In this document: positions 29,654 through 39,700 of the stretch, piece after piece
How positions within the stretch are numbered: position 1 is the first letter of the stretch
Layout of the letters: each line of letters opens with the position of its first letter
Source of the DNA: Longimicrobiales bacterium
GTDB lineage: Bacteria; Gemmatimonadota; Gemmatimonadetes; Longimicrobiales; Gaopeijiaceae
Length of the DNA stretch: 64,000 nt
Direction of reading: 5' to 3'
NCBI GenBank assembly: GCA_965218295.1
Contig: CBDCKN010000012.1
Span: 1 to 64,000, forward strand
The notes under the pieces: generated by a model
What the model saw: only the letters and a program-made list of their open reading frames with translations
Databases searched by the model: none
Told to the model about the DNA's origin: nothing
Position numbers and translations under genes: made by a program

Positions 29654-31923
29654 ACGGGTGTTCCCGCGGTCCCCATCCGCTGGTAGCAGGCGTACGCCGC
29701 CTCGATGAAGAGTTGAGCCTCCTCGACGCGCTCCCGGGCTTGGTCGGGCCTCCCGCCATTCCCTCCGACCTCGTGCGCTCGGAACAGATAGCTGGCGAAC
29801 TTCGCTCCCGCGAATCGGTCGTGGAAGCGCTTCGTCTCATGGAAGCGGGTCCTGAACTCTTCCACGATATGCTCGGGGTCGTCGGTGACGTCGAGGAATT
29901 CGGTCTTCACCAGAGCCTTCGCGGCGGACAGCATGGCTCGATAGGCCAGTTCCGTGGCCTTCGCCGAAGCCTCCGCGTCGAGGAAGAGCTGCGCTTCGAA
30001 GACCTCGCGCTCGCTGGCCTGCAGCCCGAACTCCACCAGCGGCAGCATCTCGCCCGCGCACTCACCCTCTCCGTAGTCCTCCATCGTGTACTCACGTGGA
30101 TCGCCCCAGTCGGAGTAGGAGGAGGGATCTTCCGCGTAGCTAGGCACCGCGGAGAGGTCTTTCAGGAAGTCCTTCACCTCCGCCTTGCCGAGGCGCTGAA
30201 TGAACTCTCCGAAGGTCTCGTCCGCCTCGCGCTCCTTGACATACCGGTCTGTGACCCGCCGAACGACTTCGGGTATCCTCTTCGACGGGATCGCGAGCGT
30301 CGCCAGGCCGTACGAGCCGGCGTTCTCGGTCCACTTCCCGCCGAGCACGACCTGGAAGTGCGGCACGAGGCGGCCGTCCTTCTTGCGGCTGATGCCGTAG
30401 AAACCGATGTCAGCGACGTGGTGCTGTCCGCAGGAGTTGAAGCAGCCACTCGCCTTGATCCGGAGGCCCTTGATGGCGTCATCGACGCCACCCAACTGGC
30501 TTCGAAGCTCGGCCGCTAGGCCCCGGGACGAAGCGATCCCGAGCTTGCAGGTGTCGGTGCCCGGGCAGGCCGTGATGTCCGCGATGCTTTCGGCACCGGC
30601 CTCGGCCAGGTCGACAGCCTCGAGGGCCGCGTGCAGGCGTGGGAGGTCGGCCTCCTTCACCCAGCGAAGCACGATGTTCTGCTCCACCGTCAGCCGGACG
30701 TTGTCGCCCACGAAGTCGCGCGCGATGTCCGCCAGGGACCGCATCTGGTCCGACGTGATGTCTCCAAGCGGCAGCTTTGCCGTGGCCACCGCGTATCCTG
30801 CCTGTCTTTGGGGCCGGACGTTGGTCTGCTGCCAAGCCTGGAAAGCCGCAGAAAAGTCGCCGTTGGTTTGCGGGTCGAGCGGCCTTCCCTCCCCGAGCGG
30901 TCGCTCCTCGTAGGCGTCCAGCTCTTCGAGGTATGCCGTCCAACGGGGATCGTGTGGAAGCGCCGCCCGCTCTTCGAGCACCAGCTTGCGGAACTCGTCG
31001 ATGCCGAGCTTGGCCACGAGGAACTTGATCCGCGCACGCCCCCGATTCTTCTTCTCACCCAGTCGTGCGAAGACTCGGCACACGGCCTGGGAAAGGGGCA
31101 ACAACTCCTGCTCGGTCACAAACTCGTCCAGGAGCTTCGCCTGGTGCGGGATCGCGCCGAGCCCCCCGCCAACGTAGAAGCCGAACCCGCGCCGGAGCTT
31201 TCCGTCCTCCATGCGCTCCCTGGCGATCAGCCCCAGATCGTGCAGGCTCACGAGCCCGCACGCCTCACCCTCACAGCCCGAAAACGCGACCTTGAACTTG
31301 CGGCCGAGGTCCTGCACGTCGGGGTGACCCAGCAAGAACTCTTTGAGGGCCTCAGCGTACGGCGTGACGTCGAAAATCTCCGTACGGCACACACCGGCGA
31401 GGTAGCAAGCCGTGACGTTGCGCACCGAGTTGCCGCAAGCTTCGCGCGTGGTGATCCCCACCGCGGCCAAGCGTCGCATGAGGTCGGGAGTGTCGTCAAT
31501 ATGGACGAAGTGGAGTTGGATGTCTTGGCGGGTCGTCACGTGGGAAATCCCGTCCGAGTAGTCCTCAGCCAACTCCGCGAGCACGTCCATCTGCTCGGTC
31601 GTGACCTTCCCGTATGGGATCTTGATCCGGACCATGCCCGGCGCGTCCCACACGGTTTCGGCGCCCTTCGTTTCGTGCTCCTGATAGGGCAGGCTCCGGT
31701 TTTGGGTCCCGTCGTGACGCTGACCGTTGTCGTAGCGCTGGCCGTAGACCCCGCACCGGAGACGAGTCTCCGCGAACAGCCGCTCATCGACCTCGCCCTG
31801 ACGTCGGAGCTCCATCTGCATCTCGAAGATCTCGATCTCTCGACCGAGCTTGTCGGGGATCCGCCCCTTCAGCTTCTCACTCCAGGAGCCGGGCGTCCCT
31901 GTACTCTCGAGCACGCCTTCCAT
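29650..31923 (-). CDS. Siroheme nitrite/sulfite reductase (Sir/CysI type) with C-terminal helical extension
   Basis: TTRQDIQLH, RKFK, CPGTDTC and SGCFNSCGQH [4Fe-4S]/siroheme ligands. Confidence 0.92.
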   Translation of the reverse strand: MEGVLESTGTPGSWSEKLKGRIPDKLGREIEIFEMQMELRRQGEVDERLFAETRLRCGVYGQRYDNGQRHDGTQNRSLPYQEHETKGAETVWDAPGMVRIKIPYGKVTTEQMDVLAELAEDYSDGISHVTTRQDIQLHFVHIDDTPDLMRRLAAVGITTREACGNSVRNVTACYLAGVCRTEIFDVTPYAEALKEFLLGHPDVQDLGRKFKVAFSGCEGEACGLVSLHDLGLIARERMEDGKLRRGFGFYVGGGLGAIPHQAKLLDEFVTEQELLPLSQAVCRVFARLGEKKNRGRARIKFLVAKLGIDEFRKLVLEERAALPHDPRWTAYLEELDAYEERPLGEGRPLDPQTNGDFSAAFQAWQQTNVRPQRQAGYAVATAKLPLGDITSDQMRSLADIARDFVGDNVRLTVEQNIVLRWVKEADLPRLHAALEAVDLAEAGAESIADITACPGTDTCKLGIASSRGLAAELRSQLGGVDDAIKGLRIKASGCFNSCGQHHVADIGFYGISRKKDGRLVPHFQVVLGGKWTENAGSYGLATLAIPSKRIPEVVRRVTDRYVKEREADETFGEFIQRLGKAEVKDFLKDLSAVPSYAEDPSSYSDWGDPREYTMEDYGEGECAGEMLPLVEFGLQASEREVFEAQLFLDAEASAKATELAYRAMLSAAKALVKTEFLDVTDDPEHIVEEFRTRFHETKRFHDRFAGAKFASYLFRAHEVGGNGGRPDQARERVEEAQLFIEAAYACYQRMGTAGTPV

Positions 31924-31939
31924 AATCGTTCTCCTTCTC

Positions 31940-33379
31940 TCAGGCAACGCCCACCACCGCACGCCCACCGTCGGCCACCGCGGCGTATTCGTCGTTGCGT
32001 TCGCCCTTCAAGACTCCTCCCTCGTTTTCCAGCAGTCGCCGGGCCACCTCGCCTACGATGAGGGTCGCGGGCGAGCGGAGCTCCGACGTGCGGATTCTCT
32101 CGGCTAGCGTAGCGAGGGTTCCGACGACCATCCGTTCGTCGCTGCGGGAGGCGCGGCTCACGGCCACCGCAGGGGTGTCGGGTGCGCGCCCCTCCGAAGC
32201 GAGCCCCTCCAACACGTCTTCGGCCGATGCGAGTCCCATCAACACGATCACGGTTTCCTCTTCGGGAGGAAGCTCACCACGCGTGCGGCCACCGGCGTCG
32301 TGCCCGGTTCGCACCGTGAACCCCTTCGCGAGGCCGCGCTGGGTCAGGGGTGTTCCCGCAGCGGCGGGCGCGGCGACCACGGCACTCAAGCCTGGCACAA
32401 CCTCCCAGGAGATCCCGGCTGCAGTGAGGGCCTCCACTTCCTCGCCCCCCCGCCCGAAGACGAACGGGTCACCTCCGTGGAGGCGTACCACGCGTCTTCC
32501 GGACCTCGCCTCTCGGATCATGAGCGGAACCCTCCGATCCGAGGGTGAGACAACGCGCTGCGACGCCCCCCGCGAGCGGTGCCCTACGTCGACGACCCTC
32601 GTTCCTGGAAGCGCGAGCTCCAACACCTCATCCTCCACGAGGGCATCGTGGAGGATGACGTCGGCCCGCTGGATCCGGTCCAGAGCACGCAACGTCAGAA
32701 GCTGCCGACTGCCCGGTCCCGCACCCACGATCGCCACGGTCCCCGGGTCGAACGGCTCCTCCTCCTCCCGATATATGGCCTCCAGGCGGCGCGCGGCCGT
32801 CTCCGTGTCACCCCGGTCCACCAGCTTGGTGATGGTCGGATCGAAGAGCGCCCTGAGGAGGTGGCCGCGTTGCCTGAGGCCCTTGAGGCCTCGAGAGCGA
32901 AGGCGGATGAGTAAGTCCGCCACCGACGTCAGGCTCCGGGGAATGGCCGCCTCCAGCAGTCGGCGAAGCTGCCCCGCCAGGAGCGGCGAGCCGCCGTCGG
33001 TGCTGATGGTCATCACCACAGGACCCCGGCGGACGATGGCCGGCGAGTAGAAGTCGCAGAAGGCCGGGTCATCCGCCGCGTTCACGAGGATGCCCCGAGC
33101 CCGGGCCGCCTCCGCCAGTCGGCGATTCACGGCGGGATCGTCCGTGGCGGCCACCACCACCTTGGCTCCCGAGACATCGTCGTCCCGGACCGGCCGCCGG
33201 TCGAAGCGCCACACCTCGGGCAGCCACGCCCGCATTTCCGGCGACACGCCCGGAGAGACGAGGTGGATCCTGGCGCCCGCGTGGATCAGCGGCACGATCT
33301 TCTCCGCCGCGACCCCGCCGCCCCCGGCCAGGAGGACGCGCTGGCCTTCCAACCCCACGAGCTGAATCGGATATCCCAT
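31940..33379 (-). CDS. cysG: Siroheme synthase
   Basis: N-terminal GGGGVA, NAADDPAFCDF, ISTDGGSP; C-terminal VGAGPG, RLHGGDPFVFGRGGEE. Confidence 0.92.
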   Translation of the reverse strand: MGYPIQLVGLEGQRVLLAGGGGVAAEKIVPLIHAGARIHLVSPGVSPEMRAWLPEVWRFDRRPVRDDDVSGAKVVVAATDDPAVNRRLAEAARARGILVNAADDPAFCDFYSPAIVRRGPVVMTISTDGGSPLLAGQLRRLLEAAIPRSLTSVADLLIRLRSRGLKGLRQRGHLLRALFDPTITKLVDRGDTETAARRLEAIYREEEEPFDPGTVAIVGAGPGSRQLLTLRALDRIQRADVILHDALVEDEVLELALPGTRVVDVGHRSRGASQRVVSPSDRRVPLMIREARSGRRVVRLHGGDPFVFGRGGEEVEALTAAGISWEVVPGLSAVVAAPAAAGTPLTQRGLAKGFTVRTGHDAGGRTRGELPPEEETVIVLMGLASAEDVLEGLASEGRAPDTPAVAVSRASRSDERMVVGTLATLAERIRTSELRSPATLIVGEVARRLLENEGGVLKGERNDEYAAVADGGRAVVGVA

Positions 33380-33414
33380 ATGACAGCTCCAAGAGCTCCG
33401 AAGCTTCAGGAACG

Positions 33415-33450
33415 AAAAAAAACCCCGACCTCCTCAGGGAAGCCGGGGTT
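33415..33450 (-). terminator. Intrinsic terminator in the cysG leader (attenuator)
   Basis: AACCCCGGCTTCC-CTGA-GGAGGTCGGGG followed by T8, 35 nt before the cysG ATG. Confidence 0.88.
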
Positions 33451-33470
33451 CGGGAGACTCGCCGCGTCCG

Positions 33471-33554
33471 TTAGGCGCAGCCGGCTCCGGACCCGCCCTC
33501 CCGGGGCAAAGTCATGCGACAACAGCAACAAGCGCAGTGATCAAAGCGACTCAT
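33471..33554 (-). CDS. Cys-rich leader peptide MSRFDHCACCCCRMTLPREGGSGAGCA (27 aa)
   Basis: Manual translation; 5 Cys codons within 6 positions; lies between the promoter and the terminator. Confidence 0.8.
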   Translation of the reverse strand: MSRFDHCACCCCRMTLPREGGSGAGCA

Positions 33555-33610
33555 GTTTGGGATGTTTCCCTTCCGGTCGTACGCCGATACGTACTGAACT
33601 CCACGCTATC

Positions 33611-33640
33611 AGAGTAAAAGGACACCCCCGGCCGAGTCAA
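33611..33640 (-). promoter_or_regulatory. Sigma70-like promoter of the cys leader
   Basis: TTGACT-N18-TACTCT on the minus strand. Confidence 0.6.
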
Positions 33641-33737
33641 CGCCGCCCGCTCCGGATGGCGGCGGTCTCAATCGTGGAAAGGGTCGAAACGACCCGGGAA
33701 GAGGTGGTGGAGAAGAATGCTTACTGAGGTGACACGT

Positions 33738-33830
33738 ATGACGCGAGCCAGGAAGGCGGTCCGCATGGGACTGATCGTTACGTCCTGGGCATTCGTAGTA
33801 CTCGGCTTCATGCTGATGCACAACGCATGA
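33738..33830 (+). CDS. 30-aa single-TM small protein
   Basis: GAGGT RBS; MTRARKAVRMGLIVTSWAFVVLGFMLMHNA*. Confidence 0.5.
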   Translation: MTRARKAVRMGLIVTSWAFVVLGFMLMHNA

Positions 33831-33954
33831 CCACTCGGGTGTCCGCCTGACGGACGCCCTTACACTCTGCCAATATGGCATGCTACGAGCAGATCGGTGG
33901 CCCGAGAGGTAGCCGCCGGGAACTATGTAGGGGCTCGACCCTCAGGGGTGGTTG

Positions 33955-34317
33955 TCATGGGCTGTCAGGCCTGCAGACGCCCCCTGCGAGTCGATCCGTC
34001 TTGGCCGCCGCGATGAAGTCGTTCTGGTGGAGACCGCGAATCTTGTGCGTCCACCAAGTGATCCTCACCCTCCCCCATTCGGTCAGCAAGGCCGGGTGAT
34101 GCCCCTCGGCCTCCGCAAGCTCTCCCACCTTGTTGGTGAACGCGAGGGCTTCGGCGAAGTCGGGAAACGTGAACGTTCTCTCCAGGCGCTGGATCTCTTC
34201 CCGCTCGACGATGCTCCAGTCGGGGATCTGGACGCGAAGCCTTTGTGTCTCCTCGGCTGTGACCCTGGGAGCATCGCGGCGACACGCTTCACACTTCATC
34301 TGAATGAGCTCACCCAC
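33955..34317 (-). CDS. phhB: Pterin-4-alpha-carbinolamine dehydratase
   Basis: [40 protein letters not shown] before GTG. Confidence 0.9.
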   Translation of the reverse strand: MGELIQMKCEACRRDAPRVTAEETQRLRVQIPDWSIVEREEIQRLERTFTFPDFAEALAFTNKVGELAEAEGHHPALLTEWGRVRITWWTHKIRGLHQNDFIAAAKTDRLAGGVCRPDSP

Positions 34318-34331
34318 TTGCTTGCACCTCC

Positions 34332-34375
34332 GTCGATCTGTTCCTCTGTCGATCTGTTTCCCTCTGTCGATCTGT
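34332..34375. repeat. 16-18-bp tandem repeat (GTCGATCTGT core x3)
   Basis: Seen directly, abutting the phhB RBS. Confidence 0.8.
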
Positions 34376-34500
34376 CTTACACCGCTCGACTCCACCCGCT
34401 TCCGCCCGTAGAGTGTGGAAACAATCCCTATGCGTTGGATGGCGCAGAGTTGAAGGGTCTTGTGGGTCGCCATCCCCGCGGCGGCTGATGAGCAAGCGAC

Positions 34501-36258
34501 ATGACGGACCAGAAGCGCAGACTAGCGGCAATCCTGAGCGCCGACGTTGTCGGGTATTCCCGGCTGATGGGCGATGACGAGGAAGCGACGATCGAAGTCC
34601 TCGTGGACTGTCGGGATGTGTTCAGCAAGCGTGTAGAGAACCACGACGGCAGGGTGGTCGACACGGCCGGTGACAGTGTTCTCAGCGTCTTCGATAGCGT
34701 GGTCGAGGCCGTCCGCTGTGCGATGGAGATTCAGATCGCGCTGTCTGAGCGGAACGAGGAACTCAGCGAGGATCGCAGAATGCGATTCCGCATCGGCATC
34801 AACCTGGGCGACATCATCGAAAAGGAAGACGGGACGGTCTATGGCGACGGCGTGAACGTCGCTGCTCGAATGGAGGCGTTGGCCGAACCCGGGGGCGTGA
34901 CCCTGTCGGACGACGCATACCGCCAGGTTCGCGCCAAGCTCGAGGTGACGTTCGAGGACATGGGTGATCAGGAGGTCAAGAACATCGCGGAGCGGATCCG
35001 CGCCTTCCGCCTAGTGGACTTCGACCGCACGCGAGCTGGGCCGGTCTCTCAGGCTCGGTTGGAGCTGCCGGACAAGCCGTCGATCGCGGTGCTGCCGTTT
35101 CAGAATCTGAGTGGCGACCCCGAGCAGGAGTACTTCTCGGACGGACTCACCGAGGACATCATCACGGATCTCTCGAAGCTATCCGGCCTATTCGTGATCG
35201 GTCGCAACTCGTCCTTCGCGTACAAGGGGAAGGCGGCGGACCTGACGAGGGTCGGAAGGGAGCTCGGCGTTCACTACGCGCTGGAGGGAAGTGTGCAAAA
35301 GGCCGGCAACCGCGTGCGCATCAACGCCAAGCTCGCCGATACCAGGAGCTCCCGCTATACGTCTGGGCCGAACGGTACGACGGGACCTCCGACGACATCT
35401 TCGCCCTGCAGGACGACATCACGGGAAAGATCGTGTCGGCCCTCTCCGTCCAGCTGACCGCAGCAGAGGAGAAACAGAGGGGAAGCGAGTACACGAGCAG
35501 CGTCGAAGCTTCATGATCTTTTCCTCAGAGCTCGAGTTCTGTACCGTCAACCCAGTCCGGTGACCAACGCCGAGGCACTCGCGATGTTCGATGCGGCCCT
35601 AGCCCTGGATCCAGGCTTCGCGCTGGCCTTGGCGTATCGCAGCTACGTGAAGCTCCATGCGTGGTTATTCGGCTGGAATACCGATCCTGACGCCTTGGAC
35701 TTGGCGATTCGGGACGCCGAAGCTTCCATCGCCCAGGATCCGAACCTGGCCATCGGGCACTCCTTCCTGGGCTGGATGCACATGTGGAAGGACGGGCATC
35801 AGCGCAGCCTCTCCGAACATGAACTGGCGCTAGCTCTCGACCCGAATTCCTCGGATGCCCAACTCTTCTATTCCTCAAGCCTCATCTTCAGCGGGCAGCC
35901 GGAGCTGGCGGAAGCGCCTATGATACATGCGCACCGCCTGGATCCGCACCTCTCGGCTCCGGCCCTGCTCAACTACGTCCACCTGTACCTCCAGACGGGG
36001 CGGTACGCGGAAGCCGAGCGTCATAGGGATGAGCTACTGGAAAAGGCGCCCGACTATCCCGCCGCTCATGTGTACGACGCAATGCTCCGAAACGCTTGCG
36101 GCGACCAGGAGGGCGTCCGGAGGTCCGGGGAAGAGATTGTCAGGTTGATGCCCGGGGCCACTGTGACCGCTCTCAGCCGGCAGTACCCTTACGCCAAGCC
36201 CGAGCAACAGGCCCGATTGCTTGAGGGTCTGCGGGCGGCCGGGCTACCCGAGTCCTAA
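34501..36258 (+). CDS. Class III adenylate/guanylate cyclase domain, TolB-like domain and TPR; two apparent frameshifts (~35355, ~35510)
   Basis: [38 protein letters not shown]; the missing linker VWAERYD...IFALQDDIT is in an adjacent frame; TPR part in ORF 35560..36258. Confidence 0.85.
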
Positions 36259-36286
36259 CCCCCTCTCATGAGCCGAAGGGCGTGAT

Positions 36287-39200
36287 TTACGCTCCGGAGA
36301 CCACATCCGTCGCCACCCGCACCAGCCCCGGATTCGCCCGGCGCTCCTCCTCGAACATGTTCCGGACGCAGACGGCGAAGTGCTGGCCTCCGGGAGCGGT
36401 CCCCGTGACCGCGAGTGGGATACGGATCTCGTCCCGCCCCTCGAAGTCCACGCTGAATCGCTTCACGAGCCCGCCGCCTCGCATCCAGGAGAGGCAAGCC
36501 GGCAGGTCGACGTGGACGAGGTCTCCGACCCGGTACCCGTCCTCGAGTCCGACCACCAGATCGACGCGCCACCCGGGCTGAAGGAGGCTCGGTCGCCGAT
36601 CCCCGTTCTCACGAAGGCCCACCCGGACCTCGAATCCAGCCCCGTACTCCTCCCAATCCTCCTCCCGAATGGCCAGCACCTGCACGGCGACGGTGCCTTC
36701 GATGGACTCGACCGACTCCGCACGATCTCCGAGGGCGATCGCTTCCCCTAGGTCCATCTCCTCACCGTTCACCCGCAGGCGCGCCTTGCTTGAGATCACG
36801 GACCGGATGCGCAGCTGGATCAGGAGGGCGATGGCCCCCACGGAGTCGACCGTCGAATAGAGGGCCCCGTTCTCCCCGAACTCTCCCACCACGACGTTGG
36901 CAGCCCTCAGCCCCCGGTCCACATCCCCGGCCGCGAGGAGACCCGCGGCGACGTATGCGAGCCCTGCGCGATTCGCCACCGCATGCCCACCACTCCGGAG
37001 GCGCACCTCGTTCCCAGAGAAATCCACGAAACGGTCGATAACGGTAAGCGCGTCTGAGCGATTTCCGCCGCCTACCAGAGCGGCGTAGGCGTCGTCCAGG
37101 GTGGCCGGCTTAGACGGGATCTTCTCGATACCGTGGAACGCGCCGGCGTCGTCCGCCATCTCGCTGCCTCTCTTCACCGCATCCCTGAGACCCGGCGAAA
37201 GGTCAGGGATCTCCGCGAGGCGATCGAGCTTCCATAGGTACCGGGCCGTGAGTTGGCTGTAGTGATCGCTCACCTGGCCGGACTCGGGGTACATGAGGAA
37301 CCCTGCTCCCGGCCGGAACATGCTCTCTTCCCGGGCGATGCCCTTACGGATGATGCCCTCGGCCTTGGACCTCCGCCCGTCGTCTCCGGAGGCGAGATAC
37401 ATCGCTACTGCCGACAGGATCTTGGCGGCTGTCTGCTCGCAGCAAAGGGGAGTATATGTGGCGGTGGTCTCGATCAGGAGGTCGAACGGCTCGTCCAGCC
37501 CGGGGAGGACCCGCAAGCTCACTGCGCCTGCGTCCTCCAGGGTGATGGACTCGCCCTCCGAAAGGAGAACGAGCTCCCGAGCGTGCGACCGGAGGCGGCC
37601 GGGCTCGGAAACCACGGCTTCCATCGAGTCGATCTCGCCCGACTCCGGATCCTCGACGCGTACCTCGTATGCCCCAGGAGCGACAGCGAACGTCAGGGCG
37701 GCCGGAGCCGAGATCTCTCCCTGCACCGTGGCGCCGTCTGCCGATCGAAGCTCGACTGCATCACCGTCACGAGTCAGGCTCACGAGCGCTCGCCCCGACG
37801 CCGTCGTCACACGGAGCCGACCGGTGACATCGTCGCCGGCGCGCACCATGGGTGGAATCTCCAGGTCTGCGCGCACGGGCAGGTCGATGACCAGATCACG
37901 GACTACGGCCCGCCAATCACCGGCATCGTAGGCGAAGGCCTCGATCAGGAAACTTCCCGTTCCGTCGCCCGTCCACACGGGGACCTCTGCGCGGCCCTCG
38001 ACCTCGACGAGGCCGACGAAGAGAACCGGCGGAAACTCGGCACGGGGCGGAGGCGCCTCCGCGTCCACCGGGATTCCCACGTCTTCCGTGTCCACGAACT
38101 CAAGGGCTTCGGCGGCCATTTCCTCGTGGAGCTCGGCCATCCCCCCCGCGGTTGGCTCTACGGCTGCCACGTAGACCACGGCGGGCTCGTCCGCACCCAG
38201 CTCGATCTCCAATCCGTCCTCCAGGTCCAAGAGGACGTCCATCATCTCGCCCTCGAAGATCCCGGATGGCATCGCCGAGGGAAAGAGCTGCTCCTGGAGA
38301 TCCAGCGGCTCGATCCCCCACTCCGCCATCCCCTCCGTGGCGGACTCGACCCCCCGCTTCAGAGAAGCCGCGAGGCCCGACGACGGCGTGTCGGTCCGCG
38401 TCAGGCGGCGATCCCGCACCGTAAGCAGCACCGGAACGGCTCGCTCCGCGTTCGTCTCGATCTCGAGCGTCACTTCCTCCCTGGGCCGGACCGTCTCGGG
38501 CGCCGACACCTCGACCTCCAGACGGCTCGGCCGCATGAAGGTCGTGAAGCCTTCGAAGGGCTTCCCGCCGACGATGCCTGCCGCCACGACCAGCATGAGG
38601 CCGGAAGGGTTGTCGAGAGGAATCGAATCACCGGCGGCGGCGTCGCCGTGCTCGATTACGTGAGCCTCGTCCCCGACGAGGTCGAACACGAGGAGATGGA
38701 GCTGAGAGGTATCCGCATGGACCTCGATCGCGGGCTCCTCGGTGAGAACCGACTCGACGGTGAGTGGAGTGGTGAGCCGATCTCCCTCCGTGAGGTGGCC
38801 ACCCCGCACGGGCATGGAAGAGGGCTCGGGAAGCAGAGAGAACATGAACTCCAACCCGAGCTCGTTGAGGACCGTGAGCTCACGCTCAGCCTGGCGGGTC
38901 CCCGGGATGGACACGGTGGCGATCCGACCGGGATCCGTCTCGACCCGGGCTTCGAGTCGGAAGGGCCCTTCGCCCTCCATCTTGAGGACACCCCGGTACC
39001 GACCTGGCGCTTCCGGACGCAGCACGGCCGAATCGACCGGACGATCGTCATCGAGCAGTGAGACCTCCAGACTCTCACCGCAGGGCTGCTGCCAGCTCTC
39101 CACCGAGAGTGCGAAGGAGAGCTGCCCGGCCTCACGGTCGGCCGCATGCTCGAGCAATCGAGCGCTCAGGGGGGCGAGTGAGAACTCGGCCACCGTGAAT

Positions 39201-39700
39201 TCCGCGCGAGCCCCAAGGCGGGCTCCGGCGACTTCCACGTAGGCGCAGTATTGCCCCGCAAGGAGCGCCGCGAGAGGGACGAGCTCCATCCCTTGATCGA
39301 GGGCGAGCTCCCGCTCCGCGAACGGCTGACCGTCGCACTCGACCACGAGCCTGGCGTCCGCAGGGGCGGAGGGCAGAACGACCAGGAGCTGGGCCGTGTC
39401 TTCCTCGGCCCGGTAGAGATCTCGATCCGCGACGACCGCGGCCAGCGGCTCCAGGTCCGCGCTCGAGGAGGTCAGCGTCATCCCCGGGAGGTGGACGGGT
39501 CCTGTGGAAATGGGGTACACGCGAAGGCGCTCCCCCGCCTCCGCGAGCTGAAGCCTCTTCTTTCGGGCGGAGGGCCAAATGCCGCTTCCCTTCATAGGCA
39601 TCTCCCTCACAAAGAGGAAGTGCCAGCCGGCCCAGACGTGGCCGTCGAATTTCTCGACGAGCTTCCGGTTCGTGATCTCGATTTCGATGGGGTACTTCAT
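36287..39700 (-). CDS. Alpha-2-macroglobulin-like thioester protein lacking a signal peptide
   Basis: ADRDLYR (MG2-like), LTVRDRRL, RAEFPPVLF...FLIEAFA, LEIPPMVRAGD, thioester-like LCCEQT. Confidence 0.7.
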   Translation of the reverse strand: MKYPIEIEITNRKLVEKFDGHVWAGWHFLFVREMPMKGSGIWPSARKKRLQLAEAGERLRVYPISTGPVHLPGMTLTSSSADLEPLAAVVADRDLYRAEEDTAQLLVVLPSAPADARLVVECDGQPFAERELALDQGMELVPLAALLAGQYCAYVEVAGARLGARAEFTVAEFSLAPLSARLLEHAADREAGQLSFALSVESWQQPCGESLEVSLLDDDRPVDSAVLRPEAPGRYRGVLKMEGEGPFRLEARVETDPGRIATVSIPGTRQAERELTVLNELGLEFMFSLLPEPSSMPVRGGHLTEGDRLTTPLTVESVLTEEPAIEVHADTSQLHLLVFDLVGDEAHVIEHGDAAAGDSIPLDNPSGLMLVVAAGIVGGKPFEGFTTFMRPSRLEVEVSAPETVRPREEVTLEIETNAERAVPVLLTVRDRRLTRTDTPSSGLAASLKRGVESATEGMAEWGIEPLDLQEQLFPSAMPSGIFEGEMMDVLLDLEDGLEIELGADEPAVVYVAAVEPTAGGMAELHEEMAAEALEFVDTEDVGIPVDAEAPPPRAEFPPVLFVGLVEVEGRAEVPVWTGDGTGSFLIEAFAYDAGDWRAVVRDLVIDLPVRADLEIPPMVRAGDDVTGRLRVTTASGRALVSLTRDGDAVELRSADGATVQGEISAPAALTFAVAPGAYEVRVEDPESGEIDSMEAVVSEPGRLRSHARELVLLSEGESITLEDAGAVSLRVLPGLDEPFDLLIETTATYTPLCCEQTAAKILSAVAMYLASGDDGRRSKAEGIIRKGIAREESMFRPGAGFLMYPESGQVSDHYSQLTARYLWKLDRLAEIPDLSPGLRDAVKRGSEMADDAGAFHGIEKIPSKPATLDDAYAALVGGGNRSDALTVIDRFVDFSGNEVRLRSGGHAVANRAGLAYVAAGLLAAGDVDRGLRAANVVVGEFGENGALYSTVDSVGAIALLIQLRIRSVISSKARLRVNGEEMDLGEAIALGDRAESVESIEGTVAVQVLAIREEDWEEYGAGFEVRVGLRENGDRRPSLLQPGWRVDLVVGLEDGYRVGDLVHVDLPACLSWMRGGGLVKRFSVDFEGRDEIRIPLAVTGTAPGGQHFAVCVRNMFEEERRANPGLVRVATDVVSGA

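Noticed and set aside
33471..33554. Metallothionein or RiPP precursor reading of the Cys-rich peptide
   Set aside because: Position between a promoter and a terminator ahead of sulfur assimilation genes fits attenuation; no modifying enzymes nearby
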